Below are positions 38,805-51,180 of a stretch of DNA of 64,000 nucleotides, in pieces; within the stretch, counting starts at the first letter, position 1; every line of letters starts with the position of its first letter. Source of the stretch: Lama glama (Eukaryota). The stretch spans positions 18,912,001 to 18,976,000 of the forward strand of contig CM052832.1 in assembly GCA_028534125.1 (NCBI GenBank), read 5' to 3'. Below the pieces are notes generated by a model. That model searched no databases and was not told the DNA's origin. It was given only the letters and a program-made list of their open reading frames with translations. A program made the position numbers and the translations under genes.

Positions 38805-41394
38805 ATACCTTGTATTTTTGTACTGGTATTTGCTAGCATATACTTTTGTTTGTCCAATACTGAACTTTCTTTTTAACACTTCATTCTTTGAAGGTAAAAT
38901 AATTACCACAATAATACTATTATTTATTAAATGCCTTCCCTGTGCCAGGCATAGTGCTGGACATTTTGGGATCTATTATCTCATTTAATCCCCACAATAA
39001 CTCTATGAAATATGTGTGATAATCCTATTTTACAGATCAGGAAACTGAAACCCAGGATGCTGGTAATAAGCAGCACAGTCATGACCCCAACCCAGATGTT
39101 CCCAAATCCAGCATTCTGCCTATTTCATGACACTGTTTTCCAGCAACCATATAGCCTGGAAATAATGATAAGATATATCTTTATTATATAACTTGCATTT
39201 TCAAGGACATATTTTAATAATAATGGTGATATTAAGCATCTTTTCTGTGGTCCTGATTTTATTAAGAAAGCCAGTTGTGTTTTACTATTAAATAAGTTGA
39301 TAACTATTACTAGGAAAAATACTAATTAATATGCTTCTATTAAATTCTTAAGCAATATTTAAAAGGTATAAAAATAGCAGAGTGAATAGCCATGCACCCA
39401 GCACTCAGCTTAAGACATAAAACATTAACCCCAGAAGGTCTTTATATACCTTCCCTTGATCATACTATATATCCTGTCATCTCCCAGAGATAATCACTCT
39501 TCTGAATTTGGGGTTACAGGAGAGCTAGTCTTGATTATTGTATTCATTATAGTCACAAAAGGAAAACAGATGGCATCCTCCAATTGGGGGTTTGAGGAGG
39601 ATATATTCACAAAAGGAATTTTTTTTTTAATAAGGTGTAGATGTGGGAGAATCTCAGGGAAGGTAGAGTAATCTGGAGTTGATAAAAACCAAGTTATCCA
39701 TCTTTAGGTCCAAAGCAATGAGAGGGGAGCAGTTTCCAGAATCTGGAAGAAGAGAGAGTCATAAAGAATTGGCTTCCATGAGATGAACAGTGACCTCTGT
39801 CTCACTCAGAGCTCAGCTAGGTCAAATGACCTTACAGGGAAAGAGCCAACCCAGCCTCACTGATTTCTTTCACCATCTCACCCTGGGGCTTCCCAATGGC
39901 CAAACTCACCTAGAGGGTGGAGAGTACGGGAGCCCTTTGATGTGGTCTGGATAAGTCAACCTCCTGGAGCAGAAAACAGGTGGACAAGGGTGGAGACAGG
40001 TAGAGAAGAGGGGGTCTGTAGGGAAGCAGGAAGCTGTCTGGTGCAATCATGTTTCTAGCTTTTAAAGTACTCTTTTAAAAATGAAGAAGTAATACATTTT
40101 ATTCTTAGCTCAAATTGAGATAATCCTATACCTAAATTTCCCAACTTGAAGTGCCATGTCGGGACAGGAGCAGTGCCTATGTTGAGAGAGGGTGATGTAC
40201 AGCCCCAAGAGAGTCTTGGAAGACATGGAATTAACACCATTAATTAATCAATTAACTCAAAAAGTATTTAAGAAATGCCGACTGTGAGCTGAGCATTGTT
40301 CTTGGCACACTGTTGATACAGCAGTAAACAAACCACAATCCCAGATTTCATGGAGCTCACAGTCTTATAGGGGAGACAGACCATAAGCAAACAATATGTA
40401 GATTTGTCCAGTGACAATAAGGGCTAGGAAGAAAAATTACAAGGGGCGGAAAGCTGGAGAGCACTCTTTGAGATAAGGTGGTCAGAAAGCCCTCTCTGAT
40501 AAGGTGGCATCTGAGTCCTCAACGAGGTCGGGGAGTGGGTAGTGCTGATAGTAACGAAAGCGTTCCAAGGAGACCATCGAAGTGAGTCACCAGTTTGTCA
40601 GGGGCAAAGAAGGAGGATATAAGTCTGTAGCCATGAGGATGAAGCCAGGTCAATGAGAGAGAGAAAAACAGACTTTGGAGGGAGGTAATTCTTTAAGTTG
40701 TCAAATTTTTCTTTATCGTGGCCCCTCAAGTTGACCTTGAAAATTGGAATTTGACAGCATATAAAAGTCTTTGTTCATAGCTACTAGGGAAGACTCCAAA
40801 ATGCATCATTTTTCATTTTATGGGTAATTTTTTCCTCAGTTTCTTCCACTAGCAGGTATCTTAAAGTGAGTGTAATTAATATTCATTTGGCAAGTATAGG
40901 CAAAACATCATTAAACAGACTTTGAAGAAAGTAGGAAAATGCTTGACTTTGAGGGCAGAGCAGTGATGCCATTTCCACAGGGACGGCTTTGGTCTAGGAC
41001 TTCATTTGCTTTCATTTAGCAATTAATAAAAATTGCTAGCACTTATTAGAATTAACTGTCCTTGGAGGTAGCTAGGGTTAAAGAGAAAAAAAATGCCCAA
41101 GATCATCCAACTATTAAGTTATTAAGTGGGAGCATTAGGGTTCCGAACAGGCCATCTGTCTCCCGAACACACGTCCATCAGTGGTTTTCTGATGGTCTCC
41201 CAAAACAATGGGGAAGGCTCTCAAACAAGGTCCCACCTCCCTCCAATGAATCCTCTCCATGTGTCTTACAGAGGTCTTTTTAAAATGAAGATCTGATTTT
41301 AATACTTTCTTGCTCTAGCAGTTAGGTATTGCTTTCAGCTTTTGTAATAGAAAACCCAAAGAAGAGTGGCCCAGTTATACAGAAGGTGTTTTTC

Positions 41395-41532
41395 TTTCTT
41401 TCTTTCTTTCTTTGGTGTGAGGGGGAGGTAGTTAGTTTATTTATTATTTTGATGGCAGTACTGGGGATTGAACCCAAGACCTTGTGCATGCTAGGCAAGC
41501 ACTCTACACTGAGATATACCCTTCCCCTCCCT
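41395..41532 (-). mobile_element. tRNA-derived SINE (long-tail form) with TSD
   Basis: SINE body; AGAAGGTGTTTTTC at 41381 and 41533. Confidence 0.9.
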
Positions 41533-42160
41533 AGAAGGTGTTTTTCCTACCTCACAAGAAGTTGGAAAGCGACAGTCCTGGGCATTATGACTGGTCCATG
41601 GTTTATCAAGGAGCCAAGTCCCTTCTATTTTCCTGCTCTGTTATCCTTAGTGCCTGGCTTTTCTCCTCAGGGTCTCAGGATGTCTCCTGTTCCTCTAAGC
41701 ATGACAACCAAGTTCCACACAAGATGGGGAAAGACGATGAGCAAACAGTACAGATCCCTTGAGTTTGTCCCTCTTTGTCAGGAAAATAAACGTGTTCCTG
41801 ACAGTCCCACCATTAGACTTTTGCTCACGTCTCACCAGCCAGAGCTATGAATACTGTATGTAGAGCTGTGTCTATGGCCACTCATAATTGCAAGGGGGTC
41901 TGGGAAATCATGATCTTTAAACAAGTGTATCACCATTCCTAAAAAATTTTTTAAATAAAAAATAAAAACAGGGTGCTAATAGTAAGGAAGAAGAAAGTGT
42001 ATAGATTTTGTATACGCCACCAGCGTGTCTGCCATAATTACTTAAAATTCTTCACTGACTCCTCATTGCCACAAGATATAATCTGAACTCTTCCTTTACA
42101 GGGAATCTAGGGTCCTCTGTGACCTACTCTGACCTGTCTCTCCCGCCTGGCTCAAACACC

Positions 42161-42660
42161 NNNNNNNNNNNNNNNNNNNNNNNNNNNNNNNNNNNNNNNN
42201 NNNNNNNNNNNNNNNNNNNNNNNNNNNNNNNNNNNNNNNNNNNNNNNNNNNNNNNNNNNNNNNNNNNNNNNNNNNNNNNNNNNNNNNNNNNNNNNNNNNN
42301 NNNNNNNNNNNNNNNNNNNNNNNNNNNNNNNNNNNNNNNNNNNNNNNNNNNNNNNNNNNNNNNNNNNNNNNNNNNNNNNNNNNNNNNNNNNNNNNNNNNN
42401 NNNNNNNNNNNNNNNNNNNNNNNNNNNNNNNNNNNNNNNNNNNNNNNNNNNNNNNNNNNNNNNNNNNNNNNNNNNNNNNNNNNNNNNNNNNNNNNNNNNN
42501 NNNNNNNNNNNNNNNNNNNNNNNNNNNNNNNNNNNNNNNNNNNNNNNNNNNNNNNNNNNNNNNNNNNNNNNNNNNNNNNNNNNNNNNNNNNNNNNNNNNN
42601 NNNNNNNNNNNNNNNNNNNNNNNNNNNNNNNNNNNNNNNNNNNNNNNNNNNNNNNNNNNN
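42161..42660. other. Assembly gap, 500 N, at the CMAH/RIPOR2 junction
   Basis: Run of exactly 500 N. Confidence 1.
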
Positions 42661-42828
42661 TTTTCCTCCATCTTTACTGCCTGTTGGTGGAATTCATTGC
42701 TCATCAGCTCAGGAATCAACTGGGTAAGAAATTCTCCATGGACTAGATGCTATGCTCAGGCTGAAGGCCTAGGGATCACTGACTGAGAACTAAAAACCAA
42801 AGGCAGGGACAAGAGGAATGTCAATTAC

Positions 42829-42882
42829 CTTACTAATGTGAAACTCCAGGCGTCTCATGTATCTTTCAATCGTCTTAATTTG
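42829..42882 (-). CDS. RIPOR2: RIPOR2 coding exon (54 nt), last one before the gap
   Basis: ttcaattccag| acceptor and AAG|gtaatt donor. Translates QIKTIERYMRRLEFHISK. Confidence 0.96.
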
Positions 42883-43937
42883 CTGGAATTGAAAGAAGAA
42901 ATTTGAAAAAGTACAGCCATTTAGTTTAACTGATTAGACCTGGGTGGATATCTTTATCTTACACTCAAAAGGACCAGAAAATGCTATTTCCCTTTTCCTC
43001 CCATCTTTGTTGCTACTTTAAAGAGTCTCTAGCATCAATGTGGCAAGTATTTGTAAAAATACTGAATCAATACTCTAAGCGACAGACTTGACTCAGCTGT
43101 TGAAATCCTGGTGCTTCACATCAAGGGAGGGCAACAGAATGGAATTCACTGGATTTCTGACAGGACAGTATCATATTGGTATATACTTAAACTCCGTCGT
43201 GATAACATTTTATCAGCTCGAAGATGGACTTTCTTCCCTCCTGCATTTTAATATCTCTGAAATTGGGGTGCATTTTACAACTGCTACTGCCTGTGTTACT
43301 CCAAGATAATCGTAGTTGGTAATGTGTCATCTCTCCCATTTGAGTTATAAATGTTATAACGTACATTAAATTTAATTCACCTTTAAAATATCTGCAAACA
43401 GATTATACTATGATTCAGCATTAAAGGTATCTACACACAGAAAGGCATGGAAAGAGACAGCACCATATATAACTGAAAAAAAAAAACCAACCCTACATTT
43501 AAAATAGGTCTAAGAGAGTTTTGTCACTAAGTATGAAATACAAATTTTAAGTGAAAAGAAAGAACTGTGTCACAGTTTAGCTGGAATCACTCTTTTTCTT
43601 AGAGGCACCTAAAATAACAATGTGTTTTCCAATCAAAGTTGTCTTTGATTAGATGAAAGATGATAGTTCATTTTTAGAAAGGACCTTCAAACACCTGGGA
43701 AATTCTTAAACTTATCAGCCTACTGAGGGACCCTGCAACCAGGTGGCGTTTTTATGAAAGTGACAAACACACTGGGTCTATACATTTTCATCATCCTCAT
43801 TAGATAAAGAATTTTTTTAGGAAGAGAAAAATCATCATTTCTCTAGGATCTTACTGCACCTCAGAGATCACTGACTTCTACTCAAGGATGAAGGGTTTTA
43901 TTTCTCAGTGACTCCCCAACACAGAACAACAACTTAC

Positions 43938-43961
43938 CTTGTCCAGGTCATACAGCACACC
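43938..43961 (-). CDS. RIPOR2: RIPOR2 24-nt microexon
   Basis: tttttttattgtag|GGTGTGCTGTATGACCTGGACAAG|gtaagt encodes GVLYDLDK, exactly bridging the flanking exons. Confidence 0.95.
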
Positions 43962-44778
43962 CTACAATAAAAAAAGGAGTATCCAGATTAAAACATATCT
44001 TCCTCAAAACCCTTACTATTATTAACAGAAGGATTTTGTCTGCATTTCTGCATCCTCAGTGAAATAATCAGCCTCATAAAGTTCTGTTGGACATTTTGAT
44101 GTTGCTTAAAAAGAGTAAAAACCCAGATTATTTGAAATACCAGTAAGGATACTTTTAAGAGCTAATATTTATTTATACTCTTTGTCTCCAGAATTCCATC
44201 CAGTCCCCTCTGCCCCTGGGAGTCTTAAGATTTTCACTTGCTTTGAGCTCTCCTCTCTTACATATCAAGGGGCACATAAATATAGGTTCACTTTAAATTT
44301 AAAACAAAAATGTTGTTAACAAAAAGTAGCAGTGATTATATGTATTTAAAAAAAAAAAAGGGCCTGTCTTCCTGACTAAACATATAACACTTGGCATTTA
44401 GGAAGAGTCCTTGAGGTTGGTGATACGCTTTTCACAAACTGTTTTCACAGCAAGTTTATTTCCTGTGTGCTCACAATATCCCAGCAGAATCAGCACACTA
44501 AGCCACATCCCCCAGTAGGAGGGCTTCCATGGAACACAAGGTCCCAGCGGAAGTTCCTCCATCCAAACACCATTGTTCTCCAAGGAGGAACATTTGTTGC
44601 CATTGAGGACAGTCAAGGCCATTCAAAAGCTCTGAAGGCCATTCCACTGAGAGTTCCACGTAAATGGAAGCAATTTATCTTCTAATATCATTAGAAGGTA
44701 AAACCTTTAACCTCTATGAAGTCTTTAACCTCTGAGTCTTTGAAAAGGACAACAATATACACTTAAGCACATCTTTTT

Positions 44779-44934
44779 AAAAAAATTATTTTATTTTGTT
44801 TTGTTTTGGGGGGAGGTAATTAGGTTTATTTATTAATTATTATTTTTATTTAACTGGAGGTACTGGGGATCGAACCCATGACCTCCTGCATGCTAAGTAA
44901 GCATGCACTCTACCACTGAGCTATACCCTCCCTC
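44779..44934 (-). mobile_element. tRNA-derived SINE (long-tail form) with TSD
   Basis: SINE body; CTTAAGCACATCTTTTT at 44762 and 44935. Confidence 0.92.
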
Positions 44935-45622
44935 CTTAAGCACATCTTTTTAAAAAAGAAAAAGATAACAACTACTCATGTTTATCTGTACTTCACATAT
45001 GCAGGCTTTTCCTGGGCTTTCTGATGCCTCGAAACATTAAGGTGTAACATCATTTGGAACTTAACAAAATCACTTAAAATCATTAGAAATACCTCTTTAA
45101 GCAGACAAGTCCTCACAGATTCATTAGAATAGAGGACATCTGCAACCATCTCCAACAATACAATGTGTAGTTGAACCGGCTCAAGGACTCCTCTGATTTC
45201 TCCTCCTTTCCTGAGCCTCCTTTCCCTCGCTGATAGCACTGACCTTACTACATTGTTTAAAAACTGGAGATAAAGCAAAAGTTCTGGTTTCCAAATTCTG
45301 TACTAACACTATGGTAGGAAAACTCCAACTATCACTTTCTTATATTACCTGGGGCGGGGGGTGGGGGAGGGATACAGAGCATTTCTTAAAAAGTATTTTT
45401 CCCTAATTACAAACTTCATCTGCATCAACATGTTTGGAAAATATTGAAACATGTTAAGAATAAAGCATTAAAATACACATCAGGAAGCAGAGGGTATTCT
45501 TCCCCTCGGATCTACTTTTCTTGAAGCATCTTCCTCGTCCCCATGTCCACTGGGTAAGAGAAGTTACTTAGCCAAAATAAAAGACCACCTTGTTAACATC
45601 CTACCGATTGGAGGGTACCTAC

Positions 45623-45701
45623 CAGGCGAGAGTTTCTTCTCATATCTTTTAACTGCGCTGTCAACTTGTCCAGCTCAGTCTGGTGAACCTCCAGATACTC
45701 G
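45623..45701 (-). CDS. RIPOR2: RIPOR2 coding exon (79 nt)
   Basis: tttgcag| acceptor and CTG|gtaggt donor. Translates [26 protein letters not shown]. Not in the ORF track; found by reading the reverse complement. Confidence 0.96.
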
Positions 45702-46427
45702 CTGCAAAGATAAGAGAGTTGTTAATCGTGAACTCTGTGACTGTCAATTGGAATCTGGTGCTATTACTGACCTCTCCCTTCTGAAGGGGAATTAAGAATC
45801 TAAACCTTGCTCTGTGGAGGGCAGGGTTGGCAGGGAAGAGGCTCTTTATTTTCTCAATCGCTCCACATTTTGAAAGCCCTAGCAGTTGTATCTGATACTA
45901 TCCAGATGGTCTAAAAGGAGGACCCCTATGAGGCTGAGTCCAGGAAAGAAAAACCAGTCGGGAGGGGAGGGGCAAGACAACTCTGGAGTCAGCCCTGAGC
46001 CTGGGCTCACAGAATTCTATCTAGTTCCATCAACATTGATTGTACATATCTCACCACACACTGGGGAAGTTTTATTCTGGACCAAGCATCCCTAGAATAT
46101 ACTTGGGAAGGTTTCAGAACCCTTCTTCAGCAATTTCTAAAACAGATATGCTTGTCTACCATTGTTTTGGTGGAATCCAATACTACAGAGTTAAATAGAA
46201 ACACATTACTATTTCAGGTCCCCTTCAGTGTTTGGATAGGATATGGAAATCCACCAGAGTTCACATCTTTGGGACTTATTTCAGGCTTCCTCAATTATGC
46301 TGCAATAATACAATATCTACTACAGAAATAGACATTCTAAAATTATCTTGTAAGACTAGCTTTTCTGACTCTCCTGGGCATTTTAGAAAGTCAAAAGATT
46401 TCAGTGCATTAGGGTCCATGCTCTTAC

Positions 46428-46583
46428 TCAAGTCCGTTTTTCAAGGCCCGGTAGACCTCTTCCACCCTTTTGGGCTGAGGCTCTTTGGGAGGACTGTTGT
46501 TTTTGTGTCCTAGATTGTGCATTTTCTTCAGTTTGGCCTGAGGCTTCTTGAGAGCAGAGGGATTTTCAATGAAGGAGTTACAT
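46428..46583 (-). CDS. RIPOR2: RIPOR2 coding exon (156 nt)
   Basis: ttccatag| acceptor and GA|gtaaga donor. Translates [51 protein letters not shown](D). Phases are consistent with both neighbours. Confidence 0.97.
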
Positions 46584-47037
46584 CTATGGAAAGAGAAAAG
46601 AAAAGCCAAAATTGTGAGTTTCAGGCATCCAACCAAAGAAATGCCTTTCAGTCATCTTGTGTTTGTATTAGTGTCTTTTGGGGAAGGTAATGTCCCCATG
46701 TATATTAATAGATTTGAGCCATCCCATATTTAGTTTCTTGATATTAGATTTAGCTGCTGAAATCTGGAAGCTTTGCAGGGCAGAGGCTACTGCGTCAAAG
46801 CCTGGACTCAGGTAGCGTACACTCTGAGTGAAAACATGTCACAGCACCGAAACCTCATGGGAGGCCAAGGACAAACATTTCTAAGGTGGAGATAATGAAG
46901 AGGCAGAAGGATATAATCCAACCAAAAAAATATGACATCAGGCATACATGTCTATTAAATTCAACTGGGATGTGAGTGAATACTTTTTAAATAAAGGGCC
47001 ATGAGCATGACGAACTGCAAATTCTGTATACAATATC

Positions 47038-47349
47038 GAAGCACAGCTCATTTTACTGTGCTGCACTTTATTGTTCTTTGAAGATACTGCGTTTCTTCAC
47101 AGATTGAAGGTTTGTGGCAACCCTGCATTGTCAGATGATGGTTAGCATTTTTTAGAAATAAAGTATTTAATTAAGGCACATACTTTTTTTAGACACAATG
47201 CTATTGCACACCTAACAGACCACAGTATAATGGAAACATAACTTATATGCACTGGGAAACCAAAAAATTCGTGTGACTTGCTTTATTATGATACTCGCCT
47301 TATTGCCATGGTCTGGAACCACACCTGCTATATCTCTGAGATATGTCTG
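47038..47349 (-). mobile_element. Tigger1 internal-deletion derivative (TcMar DNA transposon)
   Basis: Both Tigger1 ends are present: ...tgcactgggaaaccaaaaaattcgtgtgacttgctttatt...ggtctggaacc...tatctctgagatatgtctg|ta. Confidence 0.85.
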
Positions 47350-47554
47350 TAGTGTTAAAGTAAAGAACGGCACATGTAGCTGGAAGGATAGATGTTTTTT
47401 AAACTTTATTTTTATGGAGTAAATTTTGCCTAGGTATAACATAAAACTCAACATCTCTGTTAGTGGCAGTAGCCTGCAGTGCTAAGATGAATACCTGATA
47501 ATTTAAACCCAAACTACTGATCTGATTAGGAAGCTAAGAGGCCAGACCAGAAGA

Positions 47555-48750
47555 AACCCTAAAACTCCTAAAAGAAAACATAAGCAGTAAATTCCTTGAC
47601 ATAGGTCTAGGCGATGATTTTTTGAATCTGATACCAAAAGCAAAAGCAACAAAAGCAAAAGTATACAAATGAGATTACATGAAACTAAAAAGCTTCTGCA
47701 AAGCAAAGGAAACCATCAACAAAATAAAAAGGCAACCTACTGAATGGGAGAAAATATTTGCAAATCATATCTGACAAGGGGTTAACATGGAAAATATATG
47801 AAGAACTCATAGAACTCAAAAGCAAAACACAAGCCAATTAAAAAATGGGCAAAAGATCTGAACAGACACTTTTTCAAAGAAGACATACAAATGACCAACA
47901 GGTACACAAAAAGATGCGCAACTTCATTAATCATCAGGGAAGTGCAAATCAAAATCACAGTGAAGGGCGGAGGATACAGCTCAAGTGCTAGAGCACATGC
48001 TTAGCATGCATGAGGTCCTGGGTTCCATGCCCAGTACCTCCATCAAAAATAAAAAAATAAATAGGCCTAATCCTCCCCCCAAAATAACTAAAATAAAGTA
48101 GATTAAAAAAACACCACAGTGAGATACCACTTTACCCCAGTTAGAATGGCTATTATCAAAAAGAGAAGAAATAACAAGTGTTGGCAAGGATGTGGAGAAA
48201 AGGGAACCTTTGTGCACTGTCGCTAGGAATGTAAATGGTGCAGCCACTATGGAAAACAGTATGGCAGTTCTTCAAAAAATTAAAAATAGGCTACCATACG
48301 ATCCAGCAATTCTACTTCTGGGTATTTATCCAAAGAAAATGAAAACACTAAGTCAAAAAAATTTATGCACCCCCATGTTCATCGTAGCAGTATTTACAAT
48401 AGCCAAGATATGGAAACAACCTAAGTATCCTCTGATGGATAAATGGATAAATAAGTCGTGGTACACACACACACACACACACAATGGCTATTCAGCCATA
48501 AAAAAGAATGAAATCTTGCCATTGTGACAACATGGATGGACCTTGAGGGCATCATGCTTAAGTGAAGTAAGTCAGACAAGGACAAGTACTGTATGATGTC
48601 TCTTATATGTAGAATCTAAAAGAAAAACAAACAAAAAAAACAAACTCATAGATACAGAGAACTGACTGGAGGCTGCCAGAGGCTAGGACTTGGAGGAGTG
48701 GAGGGTAGCAGGAAAAATCAGTGAAGGGGGTCAAAAAGCTAAAAAAAAAG
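47555..48750 (+). mobile_element. L1 ORF2 3' portion and 3' UTR relic
   Basis: Typical L1 text (GAATGGGAGAAAATATTTGCAAATCATAT; ORF 48192-48527 contains LPYDPAILLLGIYPK), frameshifted and interrupted by a SINE. Confidence 0.92.
47964..48110 (+). mobile_element. tRNA-derived SINE nested in an L1 ORF2 relic
   Basis: The SINE interrupts the L1 text ...CAAATCAAAATCACAGTGA / CACAGTGAGATACCAC..., with CACAGTGA duplicated. Confidence 0.9.
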
Positions 48751-49351
48751 GGTAGCAATTCAAACGAGAGGGTAAAAGACTATAATATATGGTGATGCAA
48801 TGGTTGAATAAAAAGACTTTACTGTTCTGTAAGAATATATATAAATATTCAACCCCACCCCACCAAATAGGCAATGGATGTAAATGAACCGTTTATTACA
48901 AAAATAAATACAAAAGGCAAGTAAACTTATGAAAGCACATTTAACCTCATCAGGGACAACATAAAGGACTAGAAAAGATTTGTACAAAATGCTTGGTATC
49001 AATAGATGTGTAGAAAAAGGCAACTCTGTTGTTGCTGGTTAGAGGTTAAAGGGCTTTAAACATTTGGAGGTACTTTGGCAATAGGTATCAAAAGATCCAA
49101 AAAAATGGGGTGGGGTGGAGTAGGGGTAGGGAGAACTATACACATATATTGCTAGTTAATCCTACAACTTCTTTGCAAGAGGAATTCTAAATGATAGTAA
49201 TTTGGGGAACGTTACATCTTTTTCATGAAAGAGAAGAAAATAACACAGGTGTGTGTTTTCATAAGGCCACATGCATGTAGACCTTCTTCAGAGCATCATA
49301 GCACGCATCCCTCTCGAGCTGCATCCTGGGTGAGAACCACACACGACTTAC

Positions 49352-49452
49352 CTGGATCGCCTCTCCTGAAGGCCGCTGAACCCAGCAAAGGACTGGCTCC
49401 TGATGATCCCATTGGGCCCTCCAGGCGAGAAGGACTGGGATCCTACCAACAT
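49352..49452 (-). CDS. RIPOR2: RIPOR2 (FAM65B) exon carrying the canonical ATG; whole exon 49352-49478
   Basis: On the minus strand, gtcttacag| acceptor with the exon starting at 49478, ATG at 49452, and TCCAG|gtaagt donor. Translates [33 protein letters not shown](R), the RIPOR2 N-terminus. Confidence 0.97.
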
Positions 49453-50979
49453 GATTTCTGGGGGTCTGGATGGTAGTCCTGTAAGACAATGGAAAGATGA
49501 TGGCAAATGAGAGGCAGGTTCCAACAGAAAACACGCCAAGCTTGTCAACGATAACAGGAGGTGACCTGAGGTGAGGTGAGTCCTGAGGCCATTAGGTGCT
49601 TGGAAGGCTTCCTTCTAGGACATGTTCTACTTAAGTCAAAAGGTTCAGTTCTCAGGTGAAGAAACATACTGAGACATAAATAAATATAAATTACACACCA
49701 TGACCAGTCACTTCAGGGTTTCTTCAGGGATTATTTTTTTTTAAATTGAAGTACAGTCAGTTTACAATGTTGTGTCAATTTCTGGTGTACAGCATAATGT
49801 TTCAAGAGAGATTATTTTTTAAACAACATTCAATCGTGCCCTCAAAAAACACAAAAACTTTGGAATATTTTCTTCCATTTAGAACAATAACAGCAAAGGC
49901 GCACAAATAGGCCAAGTCAAGTTTCAGATGGGTTCTGTATCACATTCAAAACACAGGCGAGTCTTGGGGTAGAATTCTACACTTAGAAGTCACAAGGCCA
50001 AAAACACTAGGTTTCTTTAGAGATGAACTTACTTAAACCTATTCTCCCTTTTTCTACTCTTGAGTACCTTTTGACAGATTAGATCGTGCCGTGATGGTGG
50101 CAGTGAGAAAAAAGCAAAGCACAAAGAGCTCTAACAAATGTAGTGATAATCTAGGTTATGATAAGAACACAAGAGAAGAGGCAGGAAAAGCAAGGAGGAA
50201 ATACAGCAGAAAGCACACTCTTCCCCACTTCGGTCGCTTGCTCGCCTTTTGGAAAGACTCATCACCATTGACCAAGACGAGCTGTCAAAACACAACTTCA
50301 GCTGGACGGAAGCCCAAGGTTAGTTCCCCCAAAGGACTGCCCTAGAACAGTTAGGTAATTCTTCTCCCTTCAGAGCGGGAAGAGCTGAAGCACAAACCAT
50401 TGTCTTAGCTGGTAACCTCAGTCCAGAGACGGGGACCGGCTAGCAGGAGAAAATGGGACACAGCTACTGTCCAGACTAAAGACTTCCAAACTGAGCACAC
50501 ACCAAATTGGTGTTTGCATAGCATCAACAATTGCCCTCGAAAGACCCAGCAAGCAACAAAGCTTTAAAAAAAAACAGCAGCGAAACACTTGTTGAGTCCA
50601 TCTAGATGTAATGGAAAGGCCAACTTCACTGGGTCCTACTCAAAGCTATCTGAAGCAGCTCAGCCAGGGGAGGAAGTTTGAGTGGGTTGCTTCCCCAAAG
50701 AGAGAACACAGCCCCCTTCCCCATGAGGCTGCAGGTTTTTAAATCCCCTCCTGTCCACCCACCCCAGGAGAAAGCAGGTCCTGGTTTGTCTGCATTCTTG
50801 CACGGTAGAGGCACTGACTCCTTTGGCAAGAGGTTTTGCAATAGGCAATAGGTTGCTCTTTGATTTGGGTGGGACACGATCCCCACCCACTCCAGCTAGG
50901 GATGGGGGCAGGGAGGCTTAAGTTTTGGAGCCTTCTCTAGAATTTTAAAAGTAACAAAGTAGAAGTATTGCAGTAAAAC

Positions 50980-51072
50980 ACATAAAGCAGATAAACAACA
51001 AGGACCTACTGTACAGCACAGGGGACTATATTCAATTTCTTGTAATGATCTATAATGGAAAAGAATCTGAAA

Positions 51073-51103
<31 letters not shown>

Positions 51104-51180
51104 TATGTATAACTGAATTGCTTTCCTGTACATCTGAAACTAACATTGTAAATCAACTAAATGTCAATAAAAGATAAATT
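50980..51180 (+). mobile_element. L1 3' end with internal (AC)n
   Basis: AGATAAACAACAAGGACCTACTGTACAGCACAGGG...; TTGCAGTAAAA flanks both sides. Confidence 0.85.

Noticed and set aside
35327..42160. True CMAH gene loss by deletion of downstream exons
   Set aside because: Cannot be concluded: the absence coincides with an assembly gap and an orientation switch.
44982..45278. 98-aa minus-strand ORF or possible intronic small RNA within RIPOR2
   Set aside because: The flanking RIPOR2 exons join perfectly without it, and I recognise no snoRNA or protein motif.
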